Shown here piece by piece: positions 38,503-47,762 of a stretch of 64,000 nt of DNA. Under the pieces are notes generated by a model. The model ran no database searches. It saw only the letters and a program-made list of their open reading frames with translations, and was not told the DNA's origin. Source of the stretch: Patescibacteria group bacterium (lineage in GTDB: Bacteria; Patescibacteriota; Minisyncoccia; Phycocordibacterales; JAKFXT01); contig JBBTUX010000002.1 of NCBI GenBank assembly GCA_038063555.1, positions 6,806 through 70,805 on the forward strand, in the 5' to 3' direction. Every line of letters begins with the position of its first letter. Position 1 is the first letter of the stretch. Both the position numbers and the translations under genes were made by a program.

Positions 38503-39288
38503 TTATCTTGGATTTTTTTGGGCGATACAAAGAAGGGAAGTTCCAAACGGAAAGTTTAACCAAGGTAATAATTTTCCCTCTAGACCAAATAACCATGCCA
38601 TCATGTTATTTAGTATGGGTGGCATAGCAATAATATCAGATTCGCCCGTGCGTACTCCAAATGCTTTTTTTGTAAGACGTATCAGGGCAATCGGAATAAA
38701 AAATATCGTATTGAAGTAGGAAAGCCGGAGAATGGTTAATCCGGTAGATGCCTCAATCGTGGTGCGCATTAATTTTTTTGTGTAACGCCTCTTGTGTAGA
38801 TTGACATCATCGTGCTCGCTCCACAGGAACTGGTATGCGGGAACTGTTATAATCACCAACCCTCCCGGCTCCAATACAGATTCTATTTTTTTTAACGCTT
38901 CTTTGTCGTCCTCAATGTGTTCTAAGGAGTCAAATAATGTAACAAGTTTAAAGGTTTGGTTGACGGCAACATCTGTCCAGAGTCCCTTTATGATGTGCAC
39001 ATTTTTTATTCTTCGTTTGAGGATTTCTATCATTTCATCGGCCATCTCTACGCAATATACGGAGTCGGAGATTTTAGCCACTAATGTGGTAAGGTAGCCG
39101 GTTCCGCAGCCGATATCGAGCGCGCGAGCGTTCTTTTGGGGAATTGTTTTGTGTTTTAGTAACCGAGAAAATATCTTATATCGACCGATGAACCACCAGT
39201 GCGTTTCTTCCTGGAGCCGGTAATCTTCATAGAGACTTTTTTGCATATGCGTTTTTTGCATTATGTAGTTGTGTAGAAGATAAGTCAA
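38503..39288 (-). CDS. Class I SAM-dependent methyltransferase
   Basis: It has motif I LDIGCGTGYLT and ...LEPGGLVIITVP... Confidence 0.6.
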   Translation of the reverse strand: MTYLLHNYIMQKTHMQKSLYEDYRLQEETHWWFIGRYKIFSRLLKHKTIPQKNARALDIGCGTGYLTTLVAKISDSVYCVEMADEMIEILKRRIKNVHIIKGLWTDVAVNQTFKLVTLFDSLEHIEDDKEALKKIESVLEPGGLVIITVPAYQFLWSEHDDVNLHKRRYTKKLMRTTIEASTGLTILRLSYFNTIFFIPIALIRLTKKAFGVRTGESDIIAMPPILNNMMAWLFGLEGKLLPWLNFPFGTSLLCIAQKNPR

Positions 39289-39544
39289 TGATGTTTTTCA
39301 GAAATTCGTAACATTTTAGAATACCCCAAAAACAGAATCCCAAAACAACATCTCTTCCTTTTTTTATTTGTCGTGATTACTTTCGGCATGAATACACTTT
39401 TTATGTACACGAAGGTCGATATATCTGTGATTTATTACTTTATTTATTACTTAGCAGTGCAGCTTATTTCAAGCGGCAAATTTGCCTTTTGCAGCTATCT
39501 TGTGAACAAAAATATTATTTTTCGTACTGTAAGCAATTATGGTA

Positions 39545-40105
39545 TTACAATAGATAATTTTTTACCCGAGTTTTTTTATTTTGTTTCTTGAAGAGTTTAA
39601 CCGCCTGCGGAATAGTACGATCTTTGTGCAATTTAAGAGTGTTTTTTGGTAGGGCATTAACTGAATACCAAGTTCCTTTTTTTCCACTAGTCTTACAAAG
39701 ATAAGTTATTACAAGAATGTGGCCACGCGCTTCCCTTTTGTTATTCAAGTGTCCTAAAAAGTCTAATATTTTTAGATTTCCCCCGAATTCGTCTTTTGAA
39801 AGTCGTGTGATTACATCACTAAATTCTTCGCCTACTCTTAAAATTGATCCAGGAACATGCCATATTCCTGGATAGGCGCTATCATTAAGTGATCTTTTAG
39901 TGAGAAATACCTCAATATTTTTTTTCCATTTGTTTCTTCTGATGCACACTGCGTCAATGGAGACACTTACGCTTACACGGGCCACAGCATTAAAAAGAAG
40001 TGTTCCTTTCGGTTTTTGGGGGTCAATTTTACTCAAAGCTTTTATTACATGTTTTTTTTCTATTTCGTAGGTATTTTTTTCTTGTAAGATTGACTTTTTT
40101 AACAT
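39545..40105 (-). CDS. NUDIX-like hydrolase domain protein
   Basis: It has a degenerate Nudix box: GS(x5)VGEEF(x5)ITRLSKDEFG. Confidence 0.35.
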   Translation of the reverse strand: MLKKSILQEKNTYEIEKKHVIKALSKIDPQKPKGTLLFNAVARVSVSVSIDAVCIRRNKWKKNIEVFLTKRSLNDSAYPGIWHVPGSILRVGEEFSDVITRLSKDEFGGNLKILDFLGHLNNKREARGHILVITYLCKTSGKKGTWYSVNALPKNTLKLHKDRTIPQAVKLFKKQNKKTRVKNYLL

Positions 40106-40234
40106 ATGATCGTTTATTAGATTTATATTGAGGTTTTTTATACTTTCGGGTAAAGTAAAAATATAGTAAGATGGGCTTTACTGCAAGTCTCGGTATTGTT
40201 AGGCATGGCTTTTTAAAAATAAGATAATAAAATA

Positions 40235-41515
40235 ATGAATTCACCATATCCCAAACACCACTTAGTAAATATAGGCCATATACCCACCTGCCAAGTCTGT
40301 AATTCTAAAAAGCTTCATACTATTTTAGACTTGGGTCATCAACCGCTTTGTGACACCTTGCTTTCAAAGGAAGACCTTGATCGACCTGAAAAAACATATC
40401 CACTTCGAATGATTTGGTGCGAAAATTGTACTAATTCCCAGATAGATTACTGCGTTGATGGAAATGAGGTTTATCATCCGGGTTATCCTTACAAGAGCGG
40501 TGTTACCAGAGAACTGGTTGAGTATCAGGTAAAAATTGCCGAAAGTCTCATAAAGAAATACAGTCTTAAAAAGAGAGATTTAGTTGTTGATGTTGGATCA
40601 AACGACGGCACGCTTCTTAGTGGCTTTAAGGGCACGGGCATAAAAGTTCTTGGCGTGGAGCCGACGAACATCGCAAAAATCGCAAATAAAAACGGTATTG
40701 ATACCGTGCAAGCATTCTTTGATATCAAAACCTCCAAGGCAATCAAAAAGAAATATGGTCAGGCCTCTTTGATTGTGACCACAAATACTTTTGCCCATAT
40801 GCGAACACTCGGTGAAGTAATTATGGGAGCTTATAATTTACTTAAAGATAATGGAGTTTTTGTAATTGAGAACCATTATCTTTTGGATGTTATTCAAGGC
40901 GGACAATTTGATACGGTTTACCACGAACACTTGAGAACCTATTCATTGAAATCTCTCACCAAATTATTTGACCAATACGATTTTACAGTTACGGACGTGG
41001 AAAGAGGAGATAGGTATGGCGGAAATATTCGCGTACATGTTACAAAAGGCAAAGGAAGGAAGATTTCTCCGGAAGTTAATAAATTACTGAAACTTGAAGA
41101 AAAATCCGGACTCAATGAGCTTGCTACATATACTAAATTTGCTAAAAGAGTAAAAAAAGCGCGTATAAATTTTATGGATTTTCTAATTTCTACTAAAAAA
41201 TCTGGCAAACATATAGTCGGCGATGCCGCCCCAGGTCGTTGTGTTACGCTGTTTAATTATTATGGAGTTGATTCGGAGTTCATTCCTTATATTACTGAGC
41301 AGCCAGCTTCTTTAAAACTGAACATGTACTTACCCGGTAAACATATTCCGATCATTAATAATCAAAGGCTAATGGATGAACAGCCAGATTATGTAATTAT
41401 GCTGGCCTGGCATTATGCAAAAGCAATTATGCCAAAACTAAAAGCTCGGGGATTAAAATCAGATTTTGTTATTCCTTTACCTGACTTTCGTATAGTAAAA
41501 AATTCTGAAGTATAA
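40235..41515 (+). CDS. NDP-hexose C-methyltransferase (TylC3/TcaB9-like, SAM-dependent)
   Basis: It has an N-terminal Zn-ribbon (CQVCNS...CENC), a central MTase motif VVDVGSNDG and a C-terminal C-methyltransferase domain. Confidence 0.55.
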   Translation: MNSPYPKHHLVNIGHIPTCQVCNSKKLHTILDLGHQPLCDTLLSKEDLDRPEKTYPLRMIWCENCTNSQIDYCVDGNEVYHPGYPYKSGVTRELVEYQVKIAESLIKKYSLKKRDLVVDVGSNDGTLLSGFKGTGIKVLGVEPTNIAKIANKNGIDTVQAFFDIKTSKAIKKKYGQASLIVTTNTFAHMRTLGEVIMGAYNLLKDNGVFVIENHYLLDVIQGGQFDTVYHEHLRTYSLKSLTKLFDQYDFTVTDVERGDRYGGNIRVHVTKGKGRKISPEVNKLLKLEEKSGLNELATYTKFAKRVKKARINFMDFLISTKKSGKHIVGDAAPGRCVTLFNYYGVDSEFIPYITEQPASLKLNMYLPGKHIPIINNQRLMDEQPDYVIMLAWHYAKAIMPKLKARGLKSDFVIPLPDFRIVKNSEV

Positions 41516-41534
41516 GAGCGGAATTTAATCTTGT

Positions 41535-42482
41535 ATGTCACGTCTAAAAATCGCTGTTTTGGGAGCCAGTGGTATTGGTAAATTCTACGTAAGAGAATTT
41601 TTGCATGCAGGAGCGGAGGTAGTGGCAATTTTGGGAAGTAGTAAGGAGACTGCAGAAAAAACTGTCGCCAAACTTTCTTCAGAATATATTTTTTCGCCTA
41701 AAGCGTACTTTGATTTGGATATGCTTATACAAAATGAGTCACTCGATGCAGTTAGTGTATGTACCCCTCCCGAATTTCATTACCCACAGGTAAAGAGGTG
41801 CCTTGAAGCGGGTTTACATGTTTTATGCGAAAAGCCATTTATTTTAGATTCTGAATGTGATAACAGCCAAAAAACTACTGAGCTTGTTAAGCTGGCTGAA
41901 AAGAAAAAATTGGTGCTCGGGGTGAATATGCAGTGGCCTTCGGTTTTAAAATATTTTAAGCCCTTTGTTGACTTGTCCAATGTTCAAGATTTTTTTATGT
42001 TTATGCAACCAAGTGTCAAAGGGAAAGAGATGCTTATTGAACAGCTCTCCCATATGAACAGTGTTCTTATAAGACTCATCCCGAATGGTAAAGCCGAGAA
42101 AATAGAATTCTCAACACAAGCACCAGAGGCGGAAGAAATTGATGTCCATTTTGGGTATTTTAATAAAAACTCTAAGAGCAAGGTTCATTACAAATTCAAA
42201 CATAAAGCAGACAGGCCAAGGGACATTCGATTTTCTATTAATGGAATTGAATTTAAAAGGCATGTAGGGGAAGATTATAAGCAGAAATTCATAACCGATA
42301 AAAATGAGATTGATATAGAAGATCCTTTCAAAATTTCAATCGGAATGTTTATTGGGGCAATAGAAGGCAAGGGCTCTCCATTAATAAGCGGGGAAGAGAT
42401 AATTGAAAATATTGCATTACAAGACAGAATAATTGCAGAATATACAAAACGCACAATTATGCCGATAAGATTGACTTTGTGA
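41535..42482 (+). CDS. Gfo/Idh/MocA-family NAD(P)-dependent oxidoreductase
   Basis: It has an N-terminal Rossmann LKIAVLGASGIGKFY and ...EKP... in the linker. Confidence 0.55.
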   Translation: MSRLKIAVLGASGIGKFYVREFLHAGAEVVAILGSSKETAEKTVAKLSSEYIFSPKAYFDLDMLIQNESLDAVSVCTPPEFHYPQVKRCLEAGLHVLCEKPFILDSECDNSQKTTELVKLAEKKKLVLGVNMQWPSVLKYFKPFVDLSNVQDFFMFMQPSVKGKEMLIEQLSHMNSVLIRLIPNGKAEKIEFSTQAPEAEEIDVHFGYFNKNSKSKVHYKFKHKADRPRDIRFSINGIEFKRHVGEDYKQKFITDKNEIDIEDPFKISIGMFIGAIEGKGSPLISGEEIIENIALQDRIIAEYTKRTIMPIRLTL

Positions 42483-42561
42483 CTTCAGCGAAGTTTGACG
42501 TGTTTTCCAGTGTATTGGTTTGGGAAATAAAGGATAAATAGAATGATCCCGTACGAAATTC

Positions 42562-42822
42562 ATGTTCTATACTTACATACTGAAAAGTAAAATGAATGGT
42601 AGATTATATACCGGGTACACTAATGATTTACGGAAACGTTTTAATCAACATAATGAAAAAAGATCAAAATATACAAAATACCGGGGGCCGTACAATCTCA
42701 TTTATTATGAAGCGTGCGTGGATGAAAATGACGCAAGGTCGAGAGAGTTATATCTTAAATCAGGTAGGGGTAAGCGTTATCTTAAATCAAGATTAAAACG
42801 TTTCCTATTTTGTACGGGATGA
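42562..42822 (+). CDS. GIY-YIG nuclease-superfamily small protein (UPF0213/YhbQ-like)
   Basis: It carries FYTYIL...GRLYTGYTNDLRKRFNQH, which are GIY-YIG motifs. Confidence 0.65.
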   Translation: MFYTYILKSKMNGRLYTGYTNDLRKRFNQHNEKRSKYTKYRGPYNLIYYEACVDENDARSRELYLKSGRGKRYLKSRLKRFLFCTG

Positions 42823-44081
42823 AGATTGTATTTCTACAAGATGATTTTCCACCACAAAGTTTTGGTGGAGCAGGGATTTCTACTTTTGAACTTGCACTCG
42901 GTATGAAGAATGCTGGTCATGATATTTTTGTTATTACCACCTGCAGGAAACAAGGCGATGCGGGTGAAAGTGATTATCAGGGTTTAAAGATTTTCAAAAT
43001 ATTAAGCAACTACCATCCGAGGTGGCGCGCGTATCTGAGTATTTATAACAGGCCTGTAATCAAAGAAGTGGAGAAAATACTGGAGAAAATAAAGCCAGAT
43101 ATTGTACATGCCAATAATATTCACTTCTATCTTTCATATTGCACATTGCAAGTGGCAAAGAAATACTCCAAAGCAGTGGTAATAACCCTAAGAGATGCCA
43201 TGTCTATTTGTTATGGGAAGTTAGAGACGAAACAGTATTTGGAGAATTTTAATTGTCGCACTACCTGGCGCGATCATATAAGCCAAGCGAGAAAGAGATG
43301 GAATCCTTTTCGCAACTTTTTTATTAAAAGATATCTTAAGTATGCAAGTAAAATATTTGCAATTAGCAAGTCGTTACAAAATGCTCTTTTCCAAAACGGT
43401 ATCAAAAATGTTGATGTTATATACAACGGAATTAATGTTCGCGAATGGAATGTTGAAGCAAATGCTGTTACACAATTTCAATCTAAATATGATTTGCATG
43501 CAAAAAAAGTTCTTCTCTTTAGCGGACGGCTCGGTGCATCAAAGGGCGGAGCGAAAGCTCTCGAAGCGCTAGTCATAATAGTTAGAGAGATACCTGACGT
43601 GGTGCTTTTGGTTGCTGGAAGTGTTGACGAGTACGCGCGTGTGATGAAAGAGTACGCAAGGAGGTTGAATGTAGAAAAAAACCTGATTTTTACGGGTTGG
43701 ATTGAAAGAGAGGAAATCAAAGTTGCTTATGCCGTTTCTGATATTGTGCTGATGCCATCCGTTTATCTTGACGCTTTTGGTAGAGTGAATATTGAAGCGA
43801 TGGCTTCGAGGAAACCGGTGGTCGGCACTTGCTACGGAGGAACTCCCGAAATTGTTGTTGATGGAGTTACAGGTTACATCGTGAATCCATGTTATCCAGA
43901 GAGAATAGCTGAAAAAATAATTGAGTTACTCAAAAATCCTAAAATGGCGGAGGAATTTGGTGATGCTGGATACGAAAGAGTAAAGACCCATTTCAACCTT
44001 GAAAGGAGTGTTGAGCAGCATCTTTCCCAATATGATATGTTACTTAATACGAGCCGTGTTAGTAGTAGACAAAAGACATAA
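42810..44081 (+). CDS. GT4-family glycosyltransferase
   Basis: It has a GT-B fold with ...PSVYLDAFGRVNIEAMASRKPVVGTCYGGTPEIV... Confidence 0.7.
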   Translation: MYGMKIVFLQDDFPPQSFGGAGISTFELALGMKNAGHDIFVITTCRKQGDAGESDYQGLKIFKILSNYHPRWRAYLSIYNRPVIKEVEKILEKIKPDIVHANNIHFYLSYCTLQVAKKYSKAVVITLRDAMSICYGKLETKQYLENFNCRTTWRDHISQARKRWNPFRNFFIKRYLKYASKIFAISKSLQNALFQNGIKNVDVIYNGINVREWNVEANAVTQFQSKYDLHAKKVLLFSGRLGASKGGAKALEALVIIVREIPDVVLLVAGSVDEYARVMKEYARRLNVEKNLIFTGWIEREEIKVAYAVSDIVLMPSVYLDAFGRVNIEAMASRKPVVGTCYGGTPEIVVDGVTGYIVNPCYPERIAEKIIELLKNPKMAEEFGDAGYERVKTHFNLERSVEQHLSQYDMLLNTSRVSSRQKT

Positions 44082-44093
44082 ATCTGGAAAAAT

Positions 44094-44915
44094 ATGCCAA
44101 AAAATAAACTTTTTTCTCGCGAGCACAGAAATGAAAATAAACTGGTGAAGGTTGGGAAAGTGGTAATTGGTGGACCGGAGTTTATTGTTATGGCTGGACC
44201 ATGTGCGGTTGAGAATCTAAAGCAAATACAGAAAATTGCCTTTAGCGTTAAAAGCTCCGGCGCCGAAGTTTTGCGAGGCGGGGCTTGGAAGCCAAGATCT
44301 TCCCCTTATAGTTTCCAAGGTTTGGAAACTGAAGGTCTAGAATATTTAAAAAAAGCAGCAGAAGAAAACAACCTCTTAATAGTAAGTGAGATAATGGATC
44401 ACCGTGATATTCCGCTTTTCTTGGAAAATGTGGACATTTTGCAAGTTGGAGCCAGAAATATGCACAATTTCACTCTTCTCAAAGAGCTAGGTAAAATTAA
44501 TAAACCAATCTTGTTAAAACGTGGCATGAGCGCGACTATAGATGAATTTTTACATGCGGCAGAATATATTCTCTCTGGAGGAAACGAAAACGTTATTCTT
44601 TGTGAACGTGGCATTCGTACTTTTGAAACGGCAACCAGGAATACTTTAGATATTTCGGCTATACCAATTGTTAAAAAACTTTCCCATTTACCAATAATAG
44701 TTGATCCAAGTCATGCTGCCGGGAAGAACAAAGAAATCATTCCCGCTCTGTGTAGGGCGGCTTTAGCCGCGGGTGCCGATGGTCTTTTGCTTGAAGTCCA
44801 TCATGACGCCGATAATGCGCTTTGCGATGGAGATCAGGCGCTTTCCGAAAAAGAATTTGCCGATCTTATGATTGATCTTAAAAAAGTTGCTCCAGTTTTT
44901 GGTAGAAAAATATGA
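44094..44915 (+). CDS. Class I-beta 3-deoxy-ulosonate-phosphate synthase (DAHP synthase / KDO8P synthase family); its motifs sit closer to DAHP synthase
   Basis: It has GPCAVEN, RGGAWKPRSSPYSFQGLETEGL, LQVGARNMHNF and GADGLLLEVHHDADNALCDGDQAL. Canonical KdsA has KANRSS and QIPAFLxRQTDL instead, while the motifs here match type I-beta DAHPS from memory. Confidence 0.6.
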   Translation: MPKNKLFSREHRNENKLVKVGKVVIGGPEFIVMAGPCAVENLKQIQKIAFSVKSSGAEVLRGGAWKPRSSPYSFQGLETEGLEYLKKAAEENNLLIVSEIMDHRDIPLFLENVDILQVGARNMHNFTLLKELGKINKPILLKRGMSATIDEFLHAAEYILSGGNENVILCERGIRTFETATRNTLDISAIPIVKKLSHLPIIVDPSHAAGKNKEIIPALCRAALAAGADGLLLEVHHDADNALCDGDQALSEKEFADLMIDLKKVAPVFGRKI

Positions 44916-44976
44916 CGCATATTAACAAATAAAAAAACGCACAGGCCGGTTTTTGGCCCATGCGGTCGTGTGGAAC

Positions 44977-45624
44977 TCAGCCCAGGGTTCTGTGTCGAGC
45001 AATAATGGGTTTCCATAGCCCTTTGACGTCAAGTAGCATCTGCAGGACTTCCCGCACAACGCCATAGCCACCTTTTGCTTTGGTGACATAGTCCACTTCG
45101 GCTCTTGCCTCCGGTGCTGCGTCTTGCGGAGCAGCAGAGAATCCCGCACGGCGAATGAGGGAAATATCCTGAATATCGTTCCCGATAAACAAGACTTCAT
45201 CCCACCCGATGTCAAACTCTTTCAGCAGTGCTTCAACTGCGGCGACCTTATCTTCGACGCCCTGTAGGCACCGAGCACCAAGATCTTCAGCTCGTTGTCG
45301 CACTGTTGGAGACTTGCGCCCGCTGATGAGAACAACAGGTATATCGTGTCTCAGGCATTCCTTGATAACAATGCCGTCGCCAGTAAAGAAGAAGTACCCC
45401 TCAATTCGGCCGTCGGCACCAGATGATAGTTGAAGGAACCTCTCGCTCGGCACGCCGTCGCCATTGCATGGGACGAGCTTTTGAGTAATCCCGGCTGTTT
45501 CAATGTTAAGTCCATCCGATGTTTTGGAAATATAAAACCTGTCATCGGTGTGGACGCCGTCTACGTCCGTTACCGCCATGCGCACTTTTTGAAGTGCGAC
45601 ATTATTGCTATTTCCATGCATCAT
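44977..45624 (-). CDS. kdsC: HAD-family 3-deoxy-ulosonate-8-phosphate phosphatase
   Basis: It has the HAD motif I VTDVDGV and a motif IV-like FIGNDIQD. It is GC-rich. Confidence 0.6.
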   Translation of the reverse strand: MMHGNSNNVALQKVRMAVTDVDGVHTDDRFYISKTSDGLNIETAGITQKLVPCNGDGVPSERFLQLSSGADGRIEGYFFFTGDGIVIKECLRHDIPVVLISGRKSPTVRQRAEDLGARCLQGVEDKVAAVEALLKEFDIGWDEVLFIGNDIQDISLIRRAGFSAAPQDAAPEARAEVDYVTKAKGGYGVVREVLQMLLDVKGLWKPIIARHRTLG

Positions 45625-46390
45625 GATCTCCTTTTTGTTGTCGTGCGACCATGATGGTGCGCACCTGTTCTAGTTCGTCAGGCATGTTCACGCCCAAATT
45701 TTTCCAATCGCCCTTAACGACACGTATACGGACGCCGTTTTCAAGAATTCGCATTTGCTCCACCCCCTCACGTAATTCAAGAGGAGTCCGGGACATTTGC
45801 AGAAATTCGTACAAAAATTCACGTCTAACTACCATAACTCCGATTACATGATAAAGGTCAACTGGAGAGTTGGTGCTATGCGCAAAGGGGACTGGGGCTC
45901 TAGAAAATGACAATACATTATTTTTTAAATCTGTCAAAACCTTGACGACACTTGGAGAGCGCCACATTTCTTCATCATGGATTTTGTCTGCAGCAATGGA
46001 CACCTGGAGCTCGGGGTCTTCCTGAAGTAGAGCCACACATTGATCTATTGCTTCGGCTGGGTAGAGAGGTTCGTCTCCCCAAATGATTGCAATAACATCA
46101 GGAGTGAATTCGGTAAATAATTTAGTCGCGGCGCCGGCGCGATCGCTTCCTGTGGGTAGCTCGCTTGGTGTCATGATGACCGGTACTCCTAAAGGTTTCA
46201 CTATATTTGCAATACGTTCGGAGTCAGTTGCAACCACCAGCGCATCCAAAAGATGCGCTTTCTTTGTACGATCTATTGTGTGTTGTATAAGGGGCTTGCC
46301 AGATATATCGGCGAGCATTTTTTCTGGGATTCGGGTAGAGCCTAGGCGGGCGGGGATTATCCCAAGAACTTTAAGGCGGGGGTTTTGCAT
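45608..46390 (-). CDS. kdsB: 3-deoxy-manno-octulosonate cytidylyltransferase (CMP-Kdo synthetase family)
   Basis: It has LGIIPARLGSTRIPEK and ...WGDEPL... It aligns with E. coli KdsB along its length, from memory. It is GC-rich. Confidence 0.65.
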   Translation of the reverse strand: MQNPRLKVLGIIPARLGSTRIPEKMLADISGKPLIQHTIDRTKKAHLLDALVVATDSERIANIVKPLGVPVIMTPSELPTGSDRAGAATKLFTEFTPDVIAIIWGDEPLYPAEAIDQCVALLQEDPELQVSIAADKIHDEEMWRSPSVVKVLTDLKNNVLSFSRAPVPFAHSTNSPVDLYHVIGVMVVRREFLYEFLQMSRTPLELREGVEQMRILENGVRIRVVKGDWKNLGVNMPDELEQVRTIMVARQQKGDHDAWK

Positions 46391-46492
46391 ATGTATGGAT
46401 ACTTGGAAATTGTATAGAAAGTTTCGTTGAACAGCAATGTTTATTATACATTCGTATGTGGTTCTATAAATAAATTTTTAAATAAATCAAAT

Positions 46493-46528
46493 AAAAAATG
46501 CATACACTCCGCGAGGAAAATGTATGCA
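46493..46528 (-). terminator. Rho-independent terminator downstream of the minus-strand glycosyltransferase gene
   Basis: The minus strand reads TGCATACATTTTCCTCGCGGAGTGTATGCA, a 9-bp stem, followed by TTTTTTATTT. Confidence 0.5.
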
Positions 46529-46559
46529 CGTGATGCTGTACTTAACTTAGTGATGCAGG

Positions 46560-47732
46560 TCAACTTCTTGGCTTGGAAGCGACTTCTTCCAGATAATCGC
46601 AGACCCGGCCGAGGGATTTCTGTGGAGGAATAAAGCGACTTTCAAGCTCTCGTCCCCACTCATCGTCCAATGTTCGAGAGAGCTCCGCAATGGCTTCCTC
46701 CCCGTCGCGTGCGCAAAGAGAACGCCCATCGGCTACGTCTCCCCAATAGGGCCATTTCTGGAGAAGTTCTTTTTCGAAATACTTCCGCCCCCGCCCGCCG
46801 AAATTCCGAATCACCACGTTTCCGAGGAGAACGGCTTTGAGACCTTCCACTGAAAGGCTTCCGGCAAAGACTGCGTCCGCCGCGATGTTTAGAACTTCAG
46901 AGGACGGCGCCCCATGGACTTTGCTCAAAACACGCAACGTCCGTGGTGCCCACTTTCGAATCCTCCCCATTTCGTTCTTGCAAAAATCGGGGTTATCGAA
47001 ACTTGTGTTGAGAGCTGGGTGAAGTCTGGGAATAAAAACGAGGGGGTGTATTTCCGAAACCTCTGTAACCGCTTTCAGAACCATCTCGCAATCTTCGGCG
47101 TAGAGGTCTCGAATGCCGTGGGACCACCAGAGCACAATCTTTTCCTCTTCTGATATCCCATTGTCTTTCCGGAATGTCAGCCGTATTTCCTCCCGTTGCG
47201 GGAGAAGCTCAAGAAGGCCGTCGAAGAGAGGTTGGCCGACGACTTTCACAGCGCGCGAATCCATGGAAGGATGCATTTTGCGAATGGCATCTGCATGTCC
47301 TTCGTTAATTGCACACCAGTTTCCATACCCCACTTCGCGCCACATCGGAAAGGCGTGATTGAAGTAATTGTCGGCCGGGAAGAACAGAGGGATCTTCATT
47401 GTGGAAACGACATCGGCAACTTCTCGGCAGAGATTTGGATTGGCTTGCACATCGAGACCAACCGAAATCGCGTCGAACTTGGAGTATGAGTAGAAATCCG
47501 ATGCCGAACGCGCCAAGAAAGGATTTCCGACACCTCCCTTGGCGAAGATGTTTGTTGCTTGCCCTCTGGAATCGGCCAGAAGTTGCACATTATGCCCCCG
47601 ACGAATCATTTCTCTTGCCAACGCCAAGTGGACGTTAGCGCTTCCTCCATCGGCGGAAACGAACAAGAATTTTTTCATTTGATGAACCAACCCCTTCTTT
47701 GGTTGTTGGAAAATCTGATGGCATTTAATCAT
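46560..47732 (-). CDS. Putative GT-B glycosyltransferase, possibly a capsule KpsS-like or Kdo transferase
   Basis: It is 390 aa, GC-rich and adjacent to kdsB. I verified no definitive motif; the functional guess rests on context and size only. Confidence 0.25.
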   Translation of the reverse strand: MIKCHQIFQQPKKGLVHQMKKFLFVSADGGSANVHLALAREMIRRGHNVQLLADSRGQATNIFAKGGVGNPFLARSASDFYSYSKFDAISVGLDVQANPNLCREVADVVSTMKIPLFFPADNYFNHAFPMWREVGYGNWCAINEGHADAIRKMHPSMDSRAVKVVGQPLFDGLLELLPQREEIRLTFRKDNGISEEEKIVLWWSHGIRDLYAEDCEMVLKAVTEVSEIHPLVFIPRLHPALNTSFDNPDFCKNEMGRIRKWAPRTLRVLSKVHGAPSSEVLNIAADAVFAGSLSVEGLKAVLLGNVVIRNFGGRGRKYFEKELLQKWPYWGDVADGRSLCARDGEEAIAELSRTLDDEWGRELESRFIPPQKSLGRVCDYLEEVASKPRS

Positions 47733-47762
47733 AATTCATAGAAAAGTCAAATTTTTCTCTCT

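Noticed and set aside
44094-44915. I considered a straightforward kdsA (KDO8P synthase) call.
   Set aside because: The diagnostic motifs match class I-beta DAHP synthase better than KdsA. I kept it as a family-level call and flagged it as a finding.
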